This document shows positions 39,901-51,832 of a stretch of DNA of 64,000 nucleotides, in pieces; position 1 is the first letter of the stretch, and each line of letters opens with the position of its first letter. Under the pieces are notes generated by a model that saw only the letters and a program-made list of their open reading frames with translations, was not told the origin of the DNA and made no database searches. Position numbers and translations under genes: made by a program. The DNA comes from Mobula hypostoma (Eukaryota). The stretch lies in NCBI RefSeq assembly GCF_963921235.1, contig NC_086097.1, positions 228,782,001-228,846,000 of the forward strand, written 5' to 3'.

Positions 39901-40159
39901 ACTGCTTTGATTAAGATTCCCTTTATGTTTCATATCACGTCATTAAAATAATTGGACTATAGTTCCTTGGAGTTCTTTTCCCTTCTTCCTTATGAATGGG
40001 ATTCACAGTAGCCCTTTTTCCAAAACTATTCATTCTTCTTTTGAGTTTATCATTTCCTTGACTTCTGTCATTGTGAGCAATTGACCTGGATCACGGATCT
40101 CAAACGCATGAAGTTTGACTTGTTTCTCATTTATCTTCCCACCCGACTTTATAATCTTG

Positions 40160-40300
40160 CTCCACAGTACCAGCAACCCAAGTTCAATTCCCACCACTCC
40201 CTGTAAGGAGTTTGTACGTTCTCCCCGTGGGCGCATGGGTTTCCTCTGTGTGCTTCAGTTTCCTCCCACAGTCCAAAGAAGTGCCGGTTGGTAGGTTGGC
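40160..40300 (+). mobile_element. HE1/V-SINE
   Basis: B-box-like AGTTCAATTCC followed by V-domain-like GGAGTTTGTACGTTCTCCCCGTG...GGGTTTCCTC...TTTCCTCCCACAGTCCAAAGA. Confidence 0.75.
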
Positions 40301-40657
40301 GGACGGGAGGAGAAGATGGCAGCACAATGCAGCGCGCGCAGCCGCTCTGAATTGATATCGTATTTGTTAAGTAGGTACCATGCACAATCCTGATTTGATG
40401 GAGACAGATGTGAGAAGCACGGAGGAACATCTGGAGAAACTTCTGAAATGCCTACTTCGCTGCTGTTGCTACTGTGCGATCGAGAATCTCTGGAGGGGAA
40501 GGCCCCAAATCCTCGGCTTTGCCTATTGCCTGTTGCTGGGGTCGGGGTCGAAGCGCTCGGCAGAGATGGTGCTCGGTGCTCGGTGTCAGAGGGCTGGTCG
40601 GAGGCTCGAAGTTTTCGGACGGACTCAAGAGTCGGCTGTGGTCAGTTGCTTCCAGGT
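40301..40657 (+). mobile_element. Non-autonomous element (5' half), same family as 4645-5313
   Basis: Clear sequence homology; starts ACGGGAGGAGAAGATGGC. Confidence 0.75.
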
Positions 40658-41874
40658 ATTGTTGATCGAGCAATGGTTGGGATATTTAAGTACTCAGGGA
40701 GCCAGCCCTCACAGCATTAATTGGGAGAGGAACAATAATGCCTCTGTACAATTTTTTGGCTCCTGACCAACAACTTTTAAGTTAGATGAACCACTACATG
40801 ATTCTCCTATAAATTCAAAATTCACAAATATCTAGAAAATTTATTTTGACCCCTGGCCAACAACTTAGTTTCCTGAATGCTATAGTTCTTCCTGAACCTG
40901 TATTCACCAGAACAACTATTTCAAATTATAAGATCAAAATGGGGCGGGGGGGGGAGGAGGTGGTACTGTTGGCCAAATAGTTGATTCTTTTGGCTTCTTC
41001 CCTCTTCCTTTCCAGTCCTGATGAAGGGTCTCAGCCTGAAACAATAACTGTTTATTCCTTTCTATAGATGCTGCCTGATCTACTGAATTCGTCCAGTATT
41101 TTGGGTGTGAACTTCCAGTATCTGCAAAATCTATTGAGTTTATAGTTGAATCCTGCCTTACCCTGAACATGGGAGTTTTCCTTGCAAACGTTAGTCTCCA
41201 GGGTTCTCACTTCTTTATGTCGAAATTGTTCATTCTTTTCCTCTTTTCTTATCAGTTGTGTACCATTACACTTTGATTCTGTTGGTTCAGGTTTATATGG
41301 CTGGCCTACATCAACCTTCTATTGGCTCGGGCCCATGGCTATAAGTAAGATTATCTTATTGCTCTTCTCCCAAAATGGTGGGCTCCATTCCTTCCTCTAC
41401 ATGATAACAAGAAAGACAAAGATGTTTGAGTTGTCTGTTTCCACTGTCCTTGAACTCATGAACTGTTTTGCAGATTTTTGATTCCTTCATGGCCAATAAA
41501 TTGAAGCTATGGCCTCATCTCTGCAGGCATCACTCCCAGTCCTGGAAAACGACAAAACAATATTGTATCCACCCAGTTCACCAAAGAGCAGCCTCTGGGT
41601 CCAATCTGAGCCTACTCAGCTATCCCTCTCTGTCCATCTCTGTTCCTCCTGCACCGGAGACTGATTGGAAAGGAGGGCCAGGTAGTAAAATAGTCAGTTT
41701 CAACTTAATGTCAGCAAGCAAAAGTTGCTGCTTGCCTTTCCCTCACATTCATTCCCAGGTAAATTCAACTTCCACCCAAAAGTTATTCAAACATCAGCCT
41801 AGCTTCAGAAAATTGGTCTGATCATGGTGCTGTATTTTGTGTTTGTGTAATATTGCAGGTGCATTATTACATGA

Positions 41875-42093
41875 ACATAAACACGAGGAATTCTGCAGAT
41901 GCTGGAAATTCAAGCAACACACATCAAAGTTGCTGGTAAACGCAGCAGGCCAGGCAGCATCTTTAGGAAGAGGTACAGTCGACGTTTCGGGTGTCATCCT
42001 GACGAAGGGTCTCGGCCCGAAACGTCGACTGTACCTCTTCCTAGAGATGCTGCCTGGTCTGCTGCGTTCACCAGCAACTTTGATGTGTGTTGC
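41875..42093. mobile_element. Palindromic Penelope pLTR unit
   Basis: Inverted arms ~41913-41991 / 42016-42093; flanking GCATTATTA(C/T)ATGA at 41861-41874 and 42092-42105. Confidence 0.85.
41997..42030 (+). ncRNA. Minimal type-I hammerhead ribozyme motif with intact catalytic core
   Basis: CTGACGA-A-GGGT CTCG GCCC-GAAA-CGTC-GACT; predicted GUC cleavage after 42026; stem I is shortened by the inversion junction. Confidence 0.75.
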
Positions 42094-43448
42094 ATTATTA
42101 TATGATATGCTTTGGAACTTACTTTGCCTTCACATTTATATCCTCCACATTTTGTCCAAAACACAAGAGATTTTGCAGATGCTGGAAATCCATAGTAACA
42201 TAAACAACACTAGAGGAGATCAGCAGGTCAGGAAGCATCTATGGGAAGGAGTAAACAGTCAATTTTTTAGGCCGAGACCCTTCATCAGGGCAGATTGTCC
42301 TAGTTTTGCAGCAAACTACTTAGAGTCTAGGGCCACACATCAAATTACACAATCTCAAGTGGGGAATTAAAGTGACAGATTTTATTGCTCGCTGAACAGT
42401 TCAGGCAATCACATCCAAAAGCTGATGTATTATGCCAGCCTTACAAAAGATAACATTTCAGACAAAACATGACAAAAATCTCCAATAACAAAACAGCATA
42501 AATGACTAAAAGCTATGGTTTACGGAGCAATGAGCCCTCGAAGGGCCTGGATTCACAAGATTCTGTAATGTCAAGGATGGATGAGTGGTGTAATCTACTG
42601 TTACATTAGTTGCATTTTCCACAGCTCATATAAAATGCTCGCATTGAAAGTATTCAATTTTATTTCTAATTGAATTGGATCATGCAGCCATCAAGATAAA
42701 AAGCTTTGCTGCCCATATCCTAATTCACGTTATCCTTTTCACCCACCACCCCTGTGGTTGCTGCTCCCAGTTAGCCATCATCCTTGCTTCCAATTGCACC
42801 AGTACCCTGCTTTCTCCTATCCCTGGAACCTCCTTCAGGGGATATATCTCCTTGAAACACCTGTATTGGGTCATTGTTGCCACATGTATCAAGATAAAGT
42901 GAAAAACTTGTCTTGCATACTGTTTGTTCAGATCAAATCTTTGCACAGTCCATTGAGCTAGAATAAAGGAAAAGAATAACAATGCAGAATGATGTGTAAA
43001 CCCTACAAAGAAGTGCAGTGTAGGTGAACAACAAAGTGCAAGATCATTTTTGGTGGATTGTGAGGCCAGGAGTCCACCTGTCTTCTCCGTATTTCCACAG
43101 TTTCTGGAAGGATCACCAGGATCCTGAATAAATACTGGATTAATACCGTCCACAAACCTGTAAGGAAGCTCAAACCTCAGCCTATGTGGGCCAAAGATGA
43201 CCTGGGACTCAGGACAGTTGGCGGTTACAGGATTCATTATGAATGCAGAGCAGCGCATATCGGCCATGTGGGGTGCACAGTGGAAACAAGTACCATAGAG
43301 CATAGGAGATGTATCCATTTGGGTTACCTGGAGAAATTGGCGGTAGCATTCACTTTGGCCATATATCACAAGTGCGGGGCACCAGTGGACCCAAATGCAG
43401 GACACAAACATGTTTTGTGGTGTTAACAAAAATAGAGTTTATTAATAG

Positions 43449-44259
43449 TGTGACGATATCCTGAGTTAGTCATTATGGACTGTGCTTTTAAAAAGAGAGA
43501 GAGAGCGTGCAGCTGTACAGCACAAACAGCTTGTTATTGAGAGAGAGAGATGCAAAGACTACTCACAGTTTGTTTGGGATTTCTGCAAGGACACTGCCAG
43601 CTTCTGAGTTCCTACAGAGAGAGAAGGGAGGAGCTACTTGATGGACAGCTGGTGTTCAGCACAACAGTATTTAAACCAGCGTAATTGCTTGTTTCGCAGG
43701 ACACGCGAACGCACTAAGGTGTGGTGATGTTACCACTACTCTGTTCAGGTGCCCACGAGTGTGGGACTGAGGATCGATTGACAGGAATCGATTTGTGATT
43801 ATTAGTGCATGAAAGAGCGACCCTGTGGAGTCTACCCGTGTGTCTGACCTTTGCCTGGGTTGGTAGATTATCACTTGAAGACGGTGCTCTTAAGTTGGTC
43901 AAGTTTGGCTAACTTGGAAGTTTTGGAGGATAACGGGAAGAATCGATGGCATCTGCTTACTTGGACAACCACAACACCTCTCTCTCTCCATCACTACTCA
44001 ACTCAATACCACAAACTGAACTGAACTTTGCCCATCATCGTAAGACTGTATCCATTTACTTCCTAAGCTTGAAGAAGATGGGTTTTTTATATTTCCATAC
44101 TTATATATGCATGAACTTTGCTAACCTGTTTGATTTATCTGAATTTATATTACTGTATTGCATAATTACTAATAAACGAGCATTAGTTAACAGCAATACC
44201 AGACTCCAATGTGTCTTCCATTTCTGCTAGTTCTTTAACCCGTTATGGGGTACGTAACA
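43449..44259 (+). mobile_element. Solo LTR (811 bp)
   Basis: TGTGACG...CGTAACA termini, 4-bp TSD ATAG, AATAAA at 44171; the host LTR rejoins seamlessly when compared with 45790-45810. Confidence 0.88.
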
Positions 44260-44341
44260 ATAGTTACTAGGAAAGCAGGGAAGCAAGGATTGTACAGAGA
44301 GACACCAAGGAGTGAATGAAGCAGAAGCAGGAATATGGGTG

Positions 44342-45416
44342 AACATAGAACATAGAACATAGAATAGTACAGCACAGTACAGGCCTTTCGGCCTGCAATG
44401 TTGTGCCGACCGTTAAACCCTGCCTCCCATATAACCCCTCACCTTAAATTCCTCCATATACCTGTCTAGTAGTCTCTTAAATTTCACTAGTGTATCTGCC
44501 TCCACCACTGACTCAGGCAGTGCATTCCACACACCAACCACTCTCTGAGTAAAAAACCTTCCTCTAATATCCCCCTTGAACTTCCCACCCCTTACCTTAA
44601 AGCCATGTTCTCTTGTATTGAGCAGTGGTGCCCTGGGGAAGAGGCGCTGGCTGTCCACTCTATCTATTCCTCTTAATATCTTGTACACCTCTATCATGTC
44701 TCCTCTCATCCTCCTTCTCTCCAAAGAGTAAAGCTCTGGCTCCCTTAATCTCTGATCGTAATGCATACACTCTAAACTAGGCAGTATCCTGGTAAGTCTT
44801 CTCTGTACCCTTTCCAATGCTTCCACATCCTTCCTATAGTGAGGCGACCAGAACTGGACACGGTACTCCAAGTATGGCCTAACCAGAGTTTTATAGACCT
44901 GCATCATTACATCGCGACTCTTAAACTCTATTCCTTGACTTATGAAAGCTAACACTCCATAAGTTTTTTTAACTACCTTATCTACCTGTGAGGCAACTTT
45001 CAAGGATCTGTGGACATGTACCCCCAGATCCCTCTGCTCCTCCACACTACCAAGCATCCTGCCATTTACTTTGTACTCTGTCTTGGAGTTTATCCTTCCA
45101 AAGTGTACCACCTCACACTTCTCTGGGTTGAACTCCATCTGCCACTTCACAGCCCACTTCTGCATCCTATCAATGTCTCTCTGCAATCTTCAACAATCCT
45201 CTACACTATCTACAACACCACCAACCTTTGTGTCATCTGCAAACTTGCCAACCCACCCTTCTACCCCCACATCCAGGTTGTTAATAAAAATCACAAAAAG
45301 TAGTGGTCCCAGAACAGATCCTTGTGGGACACCACTAGTCACAACCCTCCAATCCGAATGTACTCCCTCCACCACGACCCTCTGCTTTCTGCAGGCAAGC
45401 TAATTCTGAATCCACC
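44342..45416 (-). mobile_element. Young CR1 LINE 3' portion inserted in an LTR
   Basis: ORFs 45190-45375 and 44413-45186 ([16 protein letters not shown]); TGGGTG duplicated at 44336-44341 and 45417-45422. Confidence 0.92.
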
Positions 45417-45889
45417 TGGGTGGTGAGAGTTGGGCTCGGACCCTGGACTTAGACTTGGACTCAGGGCCTGGGACTCGGGACCCGGACTTGGACTGGGAAC
45501 TCAGAACATTGGAGCCTAAGAACACATTGACCTTTTGTAACTGACGTTGTAATTGCACAATTTTTTCTAAACTGATACCTGGGAACTTCGAGTCACTTTC
45601 TTGAATTCTGTAAGTTGCACTCTGGGCAGGGTTCCAGTAGGAGAGTCTGGCTAGCGAGAGTTTGGAAAACAGTGTTTGTGTCTGCTAGATCCATGTTCGG
45701 CTAGACCGTTCTGTCACAAGTGCGGGGCACGGGTGGACCCAAATGCAGGACACAAACACGTTTTCCAGCGTTAACAAAAGTGGAGTTTATTAATAGTTAC
45801 TAGGAAAGCAGGGAAGCAAAGATTCTACAGAGAGACATCAAGGAGTGCATGAAGCAGAAGCGGGAATATGGGTGACTAGAGTTGGGCTC

Positions 45890-46125
45890 AGACCCTGGAC
45901 GTAGACTGGAACTCAGGGCCTGGGCTTGGACTGGGACTCGGGACCCGGACTTGGACTTGGATTGGGCTTCTCCTGGGACTCTGGACCCAGACTTGGACTG
46001 GGACTTGGAACTCGGGACCTGGACTTGGACTTGGAACTTGGAACTTGGAACATCGGAGCCTGGTTTTGGAACTCGAAACATCGGAGCCTGGACTTGGAAC
46101 TCGGAACATCGGAACGCAGAACCAG
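45890..46125. repeat. GGACTT/GGAACT(T/C) short tandem array inside the LTR
   Basis: Reiterated 6-7-mers; also present in the partner LTR at 45435-45517. Confidence 0.85.
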
Positions 46126-47139
46126 GACTCTTCCTGGATGCAGGACACAGAGCCAGCACTCTTCCTTGGATACAGGACACAGAACACAGAACACGAAGAG
46201 GCAGTTCTCCACTCAGGGTAGCGTCAAACGGCCGGACCTACCCAGCAGAGATGAGGACACGAAAAGACAAAACCACACAACGATAGATGGTTCTTTTATC
46301 TTGGCATGAAGTGGCTGCAAATAGTGGTGAGCTCCCGACTCGGCCCTAGAACTACAGACAGCGACTCTTAACTCAGTCTGGCAGGTTAACTTGACGGATC
46401 CGCTCCAGCGAGGTAGCATAGCAGGCTCGCTCAGGCGCCGTAACTTGACAAGCTGGCTCTGGCGAGGAGAGGCGACTTACTGGCACTCGCTTCGGGGAGA
46501 AGACTTGACTTGCTCCAGCGATGTGTCTTAACTCGCTCTGGCAAGGTGACTTGCTCGGACTGGCTTCGGTGACGTGAGGTGACCTCAGGTGACAGTCTAG
46601 CACCGAGCAGCTGTAAGCCCGACACCATATACTGACTGTTCAGCTGAGAATCAGGTTCCTTTAATTACAGAGCCCAAGAAACACGGGGAAACAATGAATT
46701 AAAGGAAAACAAGGAGCCATTGGTCCTGATTGTGACACAATGGAAATTTAAAGAGTACCAGGGAATAACCGATCGGGACCGTGACACCATAGGCTTGACT
46801 TTGATGGCACAAAACTACTGTGCCACACCAATGGCTTTTGGGACTACCTGGTGAAGGAAGCCATTGAAATAAAAGTAGAGAATAAGATTTTTAGCAAAGA
46901 TGAAGCTCCTACTCTAAGTAAGAACAGGAATTTGATTGTAAACAAGGTGTGACAGCGGAAACCTGATTGGAGGGACGGACGATGGGGGTACATAAACATC
47001 ATCCCTGATGAAGAGGGCAGAATTTGTCAATGAACCGTCAATTAGAATCAATACCTGTACCCTGGAAGCCCAAGAAGTGTTTACTCATCATATATGTCGG
47101 GAAAGCACGAGATCCCTTTTTCAAATGTCCATCTTGCCA

Positions 47140-47540
47140 TACAAGAGGTCCATTCAGGAGTCTGATAACAGTGGGACAGAAGCCGTCCATGAGCTTGGTG
47201 GTAAGCGCTTTCAGGCTTTCGTGTCTTCTGCCCAAGGAGAGGGAGGGAAAAGAGAAAATGTCTGGGTTAGGCCCGGTCTTTGATTATGCTGGTTGCTTTA
47301 CTGAGGCAGCGAGAATTGTAGACAGAGTCCTTAGAGGGGAGACTGGTTCCTCTGATATGTTGAGCTGTGTCCGTAGCTCTCTGCAGTTTCTTGCAGTCAC
47401 ATGCAGAGCAGTTGCCATACCAAGCCATTATGCATACAGACAGAATAGTGCACCTCTAAAAAAATTGCTGAGATTCAACAGGGTCATGCTAAAGTTCATT
47501 AACCTCCTGAGGAAGTAGTGCATTTGTGAGCTTTTTTGAC
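47140..47540 (-). mobile_element. Rex1-like 3' fragment
   Basis: Minus strand encodes remnants of the AWYGNC...RKKLQR and FCPTVIRLLN motifs. Confidence 0.55.
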
Positions 47541-48189
47541 TATCTTAAAACACTGTATCATGTGGTTATTTCATGTTACATTTTTGTTTCTTGTCCACTG
47601 AGTCAGGAAGGATGAAATAATATCTCTCTAAAATAATGAGCTTTGATACAATAAAGAGGGAACGTTTTCACATGGGGAAGAAAATAACTAGAAACCACTA
47701 ATATAAGAAAATTTGAAAACCTACTGATGCTTGAAATATGAAATAAAAACAGAAAACGCCCAGCAGTTCAATAAAGTAAGATGGCTACTCAAAACTCCAA
47801 TAGGGAATTCAGTTGAAACATCATTACCCAGAGGCAGATGAGAATGTGGAATTCATTAACACACAGAATGGTTGAAGCAAATTTTACTCTTGTTATTCGT
47901 TGCCAGGAGCTGGACCTTATTAACAGTGCAAGACTGCCCCTCAGTTGCAGAAATACATAGTTAAGTATAGTTAACTAACAGTTAATTGCTTCGCCTGGGA
48001 TGACATATCAGCCAGACCGAGTAAAGATGGTAAATTTCCATACAGTATTAAAATTTTAAAAAACAGAATGCTGGAGGAATTCAGCAGACCTAACACAACA
48101 CCCAAGGAGGCAAAAGATTTCAGGTCAAGTCTTTGCATTAGGTTCTGATGCAGGGTGTTGATCTGAAATGCCAACTTAGCTCCACAGAT

Positions 48190-48393
48190 CAAAGTTGCTG
48201 GTGAATGCAGCAGGCCAGGCAGCATCTCCAGGAAGAGGTACAGTCGATGTTTCAGGCCGAGACCCTTGGACGAAGGGTCTCGGCCTGAAACGTCGACTGT
48301 ACCTCTTCCTAGAGATGCTGCCTGGCCTGCTGCGTTCACCAGCAACTTTGATGTGTGTTGCTTGAATTTCCAGCATCTGCAGAATTCCTGTTG
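48190..48393. mobile_element. Palindromic Penelope pLTR unit
   Basis: Inverted arms ~48188-48268 / 48274-48352; 14-bp TSD TTAGCTCCACAGAT (48176-48189, 48394-48407). Confidence 0.88.
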
Positions 48394-48440
48394 TTAGCTC
48401 CACAGATACTGCTTGATCTGCTGAGTTATTTCCAGCGTTC

Positions 48441-48943
48441 AAACGAGGAACTCTGCAGATGCTGGAAATTCAAGCAACACACATCAAAGTTGCTGGTGAA
48501 TGCAGCAGGCCAGGCAGCATCTCTAGGAAGAGGTACAGTCAACGTTTCAGGCCGGAACCCTTCAACAGGACTAACTGAAGGAAGAGCTAGTAAGAGATTT
48601 GAAGGTGGGAGGGGGAGGGGGAGATCCAAAATGATAGGAGAAGACAGGAGGGGGAGGGATGGAGCCAAGAGCTGGACAGGTGATTGGCAAAAGGGATATG
48701 AGAGGATCATGGGACAGGAGGCCCAGGGAGAAGGAAAAGGGGGAGGGAGGGTAAACCCAGAGGATGGGCAAGGAGTATAGTGAGAGGGACAGAGGGAGAA
48801 AAAGGAGAGAGAGAGAAAGAATGTGTGTATATAAATAAATAACGGGTGGGGCACGAGGGGGAGGTGGGGCATTAGCGGAAGTTAGAGAAGTCAATGTTCA
48901 TGCTATCAGGTTGGAGGCTACCCAGACAGAATATAAAGTGTTG
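48441..48943 (-). mobile_element. Penelope-like element 3' portion
   Basis: Closely similar to 1715-2173; 11-bp TSD TTCCAGCGTTC (48430-48440, 48944-48954); hammerhead motif with core CUGUUGA. Confidence 0.88.
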
Positions 48944-49619
48944 TTCCAGCGTTCTGTCTGTTTGTTCCTGATTCCAGCATTAGCAGGTCTTTATTTTTGC
49001 CTTCAAACATTTTGTATTTATTCAAAATGTCTGAATATGTCTTTTAAAGATAGCAAAATTGCAGAGAGCAATATACAGAGAATATTGAGCGAATGGAAAT
49101 AAGCCACTTTCTTAGTAGAGGCAGGCTCGGTTACTTAAGTGGCTGTAGTAAGCTTGTTGGTTCAACAGAGTACAATAAATGTCCCACTTGATTGATGAGA
49201 AGCTAAAAGCACATTTTAACACACAAACTATCTGGAAAAATTTAGCTGCAAGTTGTTACATGTGGATTGCAGAGGAGATGATTGGGATAACACAATGTAA
49301 GGGATGGTGTAACCACAGCTGCTTTCAGGCAGAACACTGATGAGTTGATTAGGGTATGGATTAAGTGACAAGTGAGTATAGGTTAAATTCTTTAACTTGC
49401 CAGATTTTATCTGGGGAAAGCACTGGGAGAAACATTAAGACGTTTGGGTCACCTCAAAGTGCAAACATCAGTTCAACAGGCAAAAGAATAAGGGCAGAAA
49501 TGGTGACATGAGCTGTGTATCCTCCAGCAGGACCTGGTCACAAACATTGTTCTGGCAGGAGAACTGCTAATGGCGGAAACCGAGGGGTTGGAAAACTGCA
49601 GGTCATGTGAAATCAGAGG

Positions 49620-51832
49620 TCCATGAGCCAGTCCTCATCGGAGTATCAGAAGTGAGCAACTTTAAACTCCTGGCTGTTACCATTTCAGGGGATCTGTCCT
49701 GGACCAGCAATTGTGAAGAAAGCATATGCCTCTACTTAGGGGTTTGCGAAGTTTCGGCATGACTTCTAAAACTTTGACAAGCTTCTATAGATGTGTAGTG
49801 GAGAGTATATTGACTGGCTGCATCATGGCCTGATATGGGAATGCCAATGCTTTTGAATAGAAAATCCTACAAAATGTAGTGGATACAACCCAGTACATCA
49901 GGGGTAAAGCCCTCCCAGCCATTCTGCACATCTACATGAAACACTGCCTTAGGAAGGCAGCATCCAACGTCAGAGATCCCCAGCACCCAGGCTGTGCTCT
50001 CTTATCACTGCTGCCATCAGGCAGGACTTCAGGTGCTTCCACCGGGTTCAAGAACAGTTACTACCTCTCAACCATCAGGCTCATGAATAAAAAGAGATAA
50101 CTACACTCACTTGCCCCATCATTAAGATGTTTCTCACAACCAATTATCTCACTGTAAGCATTCTTTATCTCATTATCTCATGTTCTTGTCATTTGTTGCT
50201 AATTATATATATTTTACACAGTTTGTTGTCTTGTACACTCTGGTTGATCTTTCATTGATCCTGTTAGATTTACTGTTCTATAGATTTGCTGAGTATGCCC
50301 GCAGGAAAATAAATCTCAGGGTTGTACTTAGTGACACTTATAGTGCCTGTAAAAAAGTATTCAACCCCTTTGGAAGTTTTCATCTTTTATTGTCTTACAA
50401 CATTGAATCACAGTGGATGTAATTTGGTGTTTTTGACACTGTTCAACAGAAAAGACTTTTTTTTGGCACTGTTCAACAGAAAAGACTCTTGTGTCAAAGT
50501 GGAAACAAATTTCTACAAATTTGTCTACATTTATTATTAAACACAAAATAATTGATTGCAGAATTAATCTACCCCTTCAAGTCAGTTCTTAGTAGATGCA
50601 CCTTTGGCAGCAATTAGAGCCTTGAGTCCGTGTGAATAGGTCTCTATCAGCTTTGCACATCTGGACACTGCAACCTTACCCCATTCTTCTTTACAAAACT
50701 GCTCAAGCTCTGTCAGTTTGCATGGGGATCATGAGTGAACAGCCCTTTTCAGGTCCAGCCACAAATTCTCAATTGGATTGAGGTCAGGACTTTGACTTGA
50801 CCTCTCCAGAACATTAACATTGTCGTTTTTAAGCCATTTCCTGTGTAGCTTTGGTTTTATGCTTGGGGTCATTGCCTTGCTGGAAAACAAAAATTCTCCC
50901 AAGTCACAGTTCTCTTGCAGACTGCATCAGGTTTTCCCTTAGGATTTCCCTGTATTTTACTCCATTCATTTTACCCTCTCCTTCACAAGCCTTCCAGGGC
51001 CTGCTGCAGTGAAGCATCCCCACAGCATGATGCAGCCACTACCATGCTTCACGATAGAGATGGCGTGCTTTTGATGATGTGTGGTGTTTGCCTTATGCCA
51101 AACATAGCATTTAATCTGATGGCCAAAAAGCTCAATTTTGGTTTCATCAGACCATTGAATCTTCTTCCAGCTGACTTCAGAGTCTCCCACATGCCTTCTA
51201 GCAAACTCTAGCTGTGATTACACGTGAGTTTTTTCAACAGTGTCTTTCTCTTTGCCACTATGCCATAAAGCTGCAACTGGTGAAGCACCAAGGGATGTTC
51301 CGTGACTTGGAAATTTTCTTGGATCCATCTCCTGACTTGTGCTTTTCAATAATCTTTTCATGGAGTTGCTCAGAGTGTTCTTCTGTCTTTATGGCATAGT
51401 TTTTGCCTGGATACGGACTCACCAGCAGTTGGACCTTCCAGATACAGGTGTATTTTGATTACAGTCAGTTGAAACATCTTGATTGCACACAGGTCTCCAA
51501 AAACAGATCTCCATTTAACTAATTATGTGGCTTCTAAAAGCAATTAGCAGCACCAGTGATGACTTAATGTGTCATATTAAAGATGGGTAAATACTCATGC
51601 AATTAATTATTTAGTGTTTTATATTTGTAATTAATTTAGATCACTTTGTAGAGATCTGTTTTCACTTTGACATGAAAGAATCTTTGTTTGCTGATCAGAG
51701 TCAAACAAGCCAAATTAAATCCACTGAGATTCAATGTTAGAAGACAATAAAACATGAAAACTTCCAAGGAGGGGTGAACACCTTTTATAGGCACCGTATG
51801 TACTTTGATAATAAAATTTACTTTGAACTTTG
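49620..51832 (+). mobile_element. Rex1/Babar 3' fragment interrupted by Tc1
   Basis: CLRKAASNVRDPQHPGCALLSLLPSGR; the 3'UTR resumes after 51798 with TGTACTTTGATAATAAA. Confidence 0.8.
50341..51796 (-). mobile_element. Tc1 DNA transposon (decayed transposase, ~200-bp TIRs)
   Basis: TA TSD at 50339-50340 and 51797-51798; TIRs AGTGCCTGTAAAAAAGTATTCAACCCC / GGGGTGAACACCTTTTATAGGCACCG; WSDETKIELFG...VKHGSGCIMLWGCF; SQSPDLNPIENLW near 50755-50800. Confidence 0.9.

Larger units (their letters stand above)
43364..46786 (-). mobile_element. Internally deleted Tf1/sushi-like (Gypsy) LTR retrotransposon
   Basis: Full LTR 45712-46786 (TGTCAC...GTGACA); partial second LTR from 43364; 5-bp TSD CCATA (43359-43363, 46787-46791); minus-strand gag-like start MDLADT ~18 nt after the LTR; only ~195 bp of internal sequence. 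Confidence 0.8.
43085..47105 (+). mobile_element. Second Penelope-like family, 3' portion split by an LTR element
   Basis: GIY-YIG-like remnant at 43190-43363 (GGYRIHYECRAAHIG...EHRRC) resumes at 46787 (FDGTKLL...LVKEAIEIK); degenerate CTGATGAAG...GAACCGTC motif at ~47005-47040. Confidence 0.7.

Noticed and set aside
39950..40158. Possible exon (KIIKSGGKINEKQ...)
   Set aside because: The adjacent translation ATVNPIHK...PRNYSPI identifies it as an ancient CR1 RT remnant.
42725..43429. 234-aa minus-strand ORF
   Set aside because: It spans several unrelated repeat fragments (LTR, antisense Penelope, Rex1-like tail) with no coherent domain.
45800..46309. Five overlapping ORFs of about 100-135 aa on both strands
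   Set aside because: Artefact of a stop-poor GGACTT tandem array inside an LTR.
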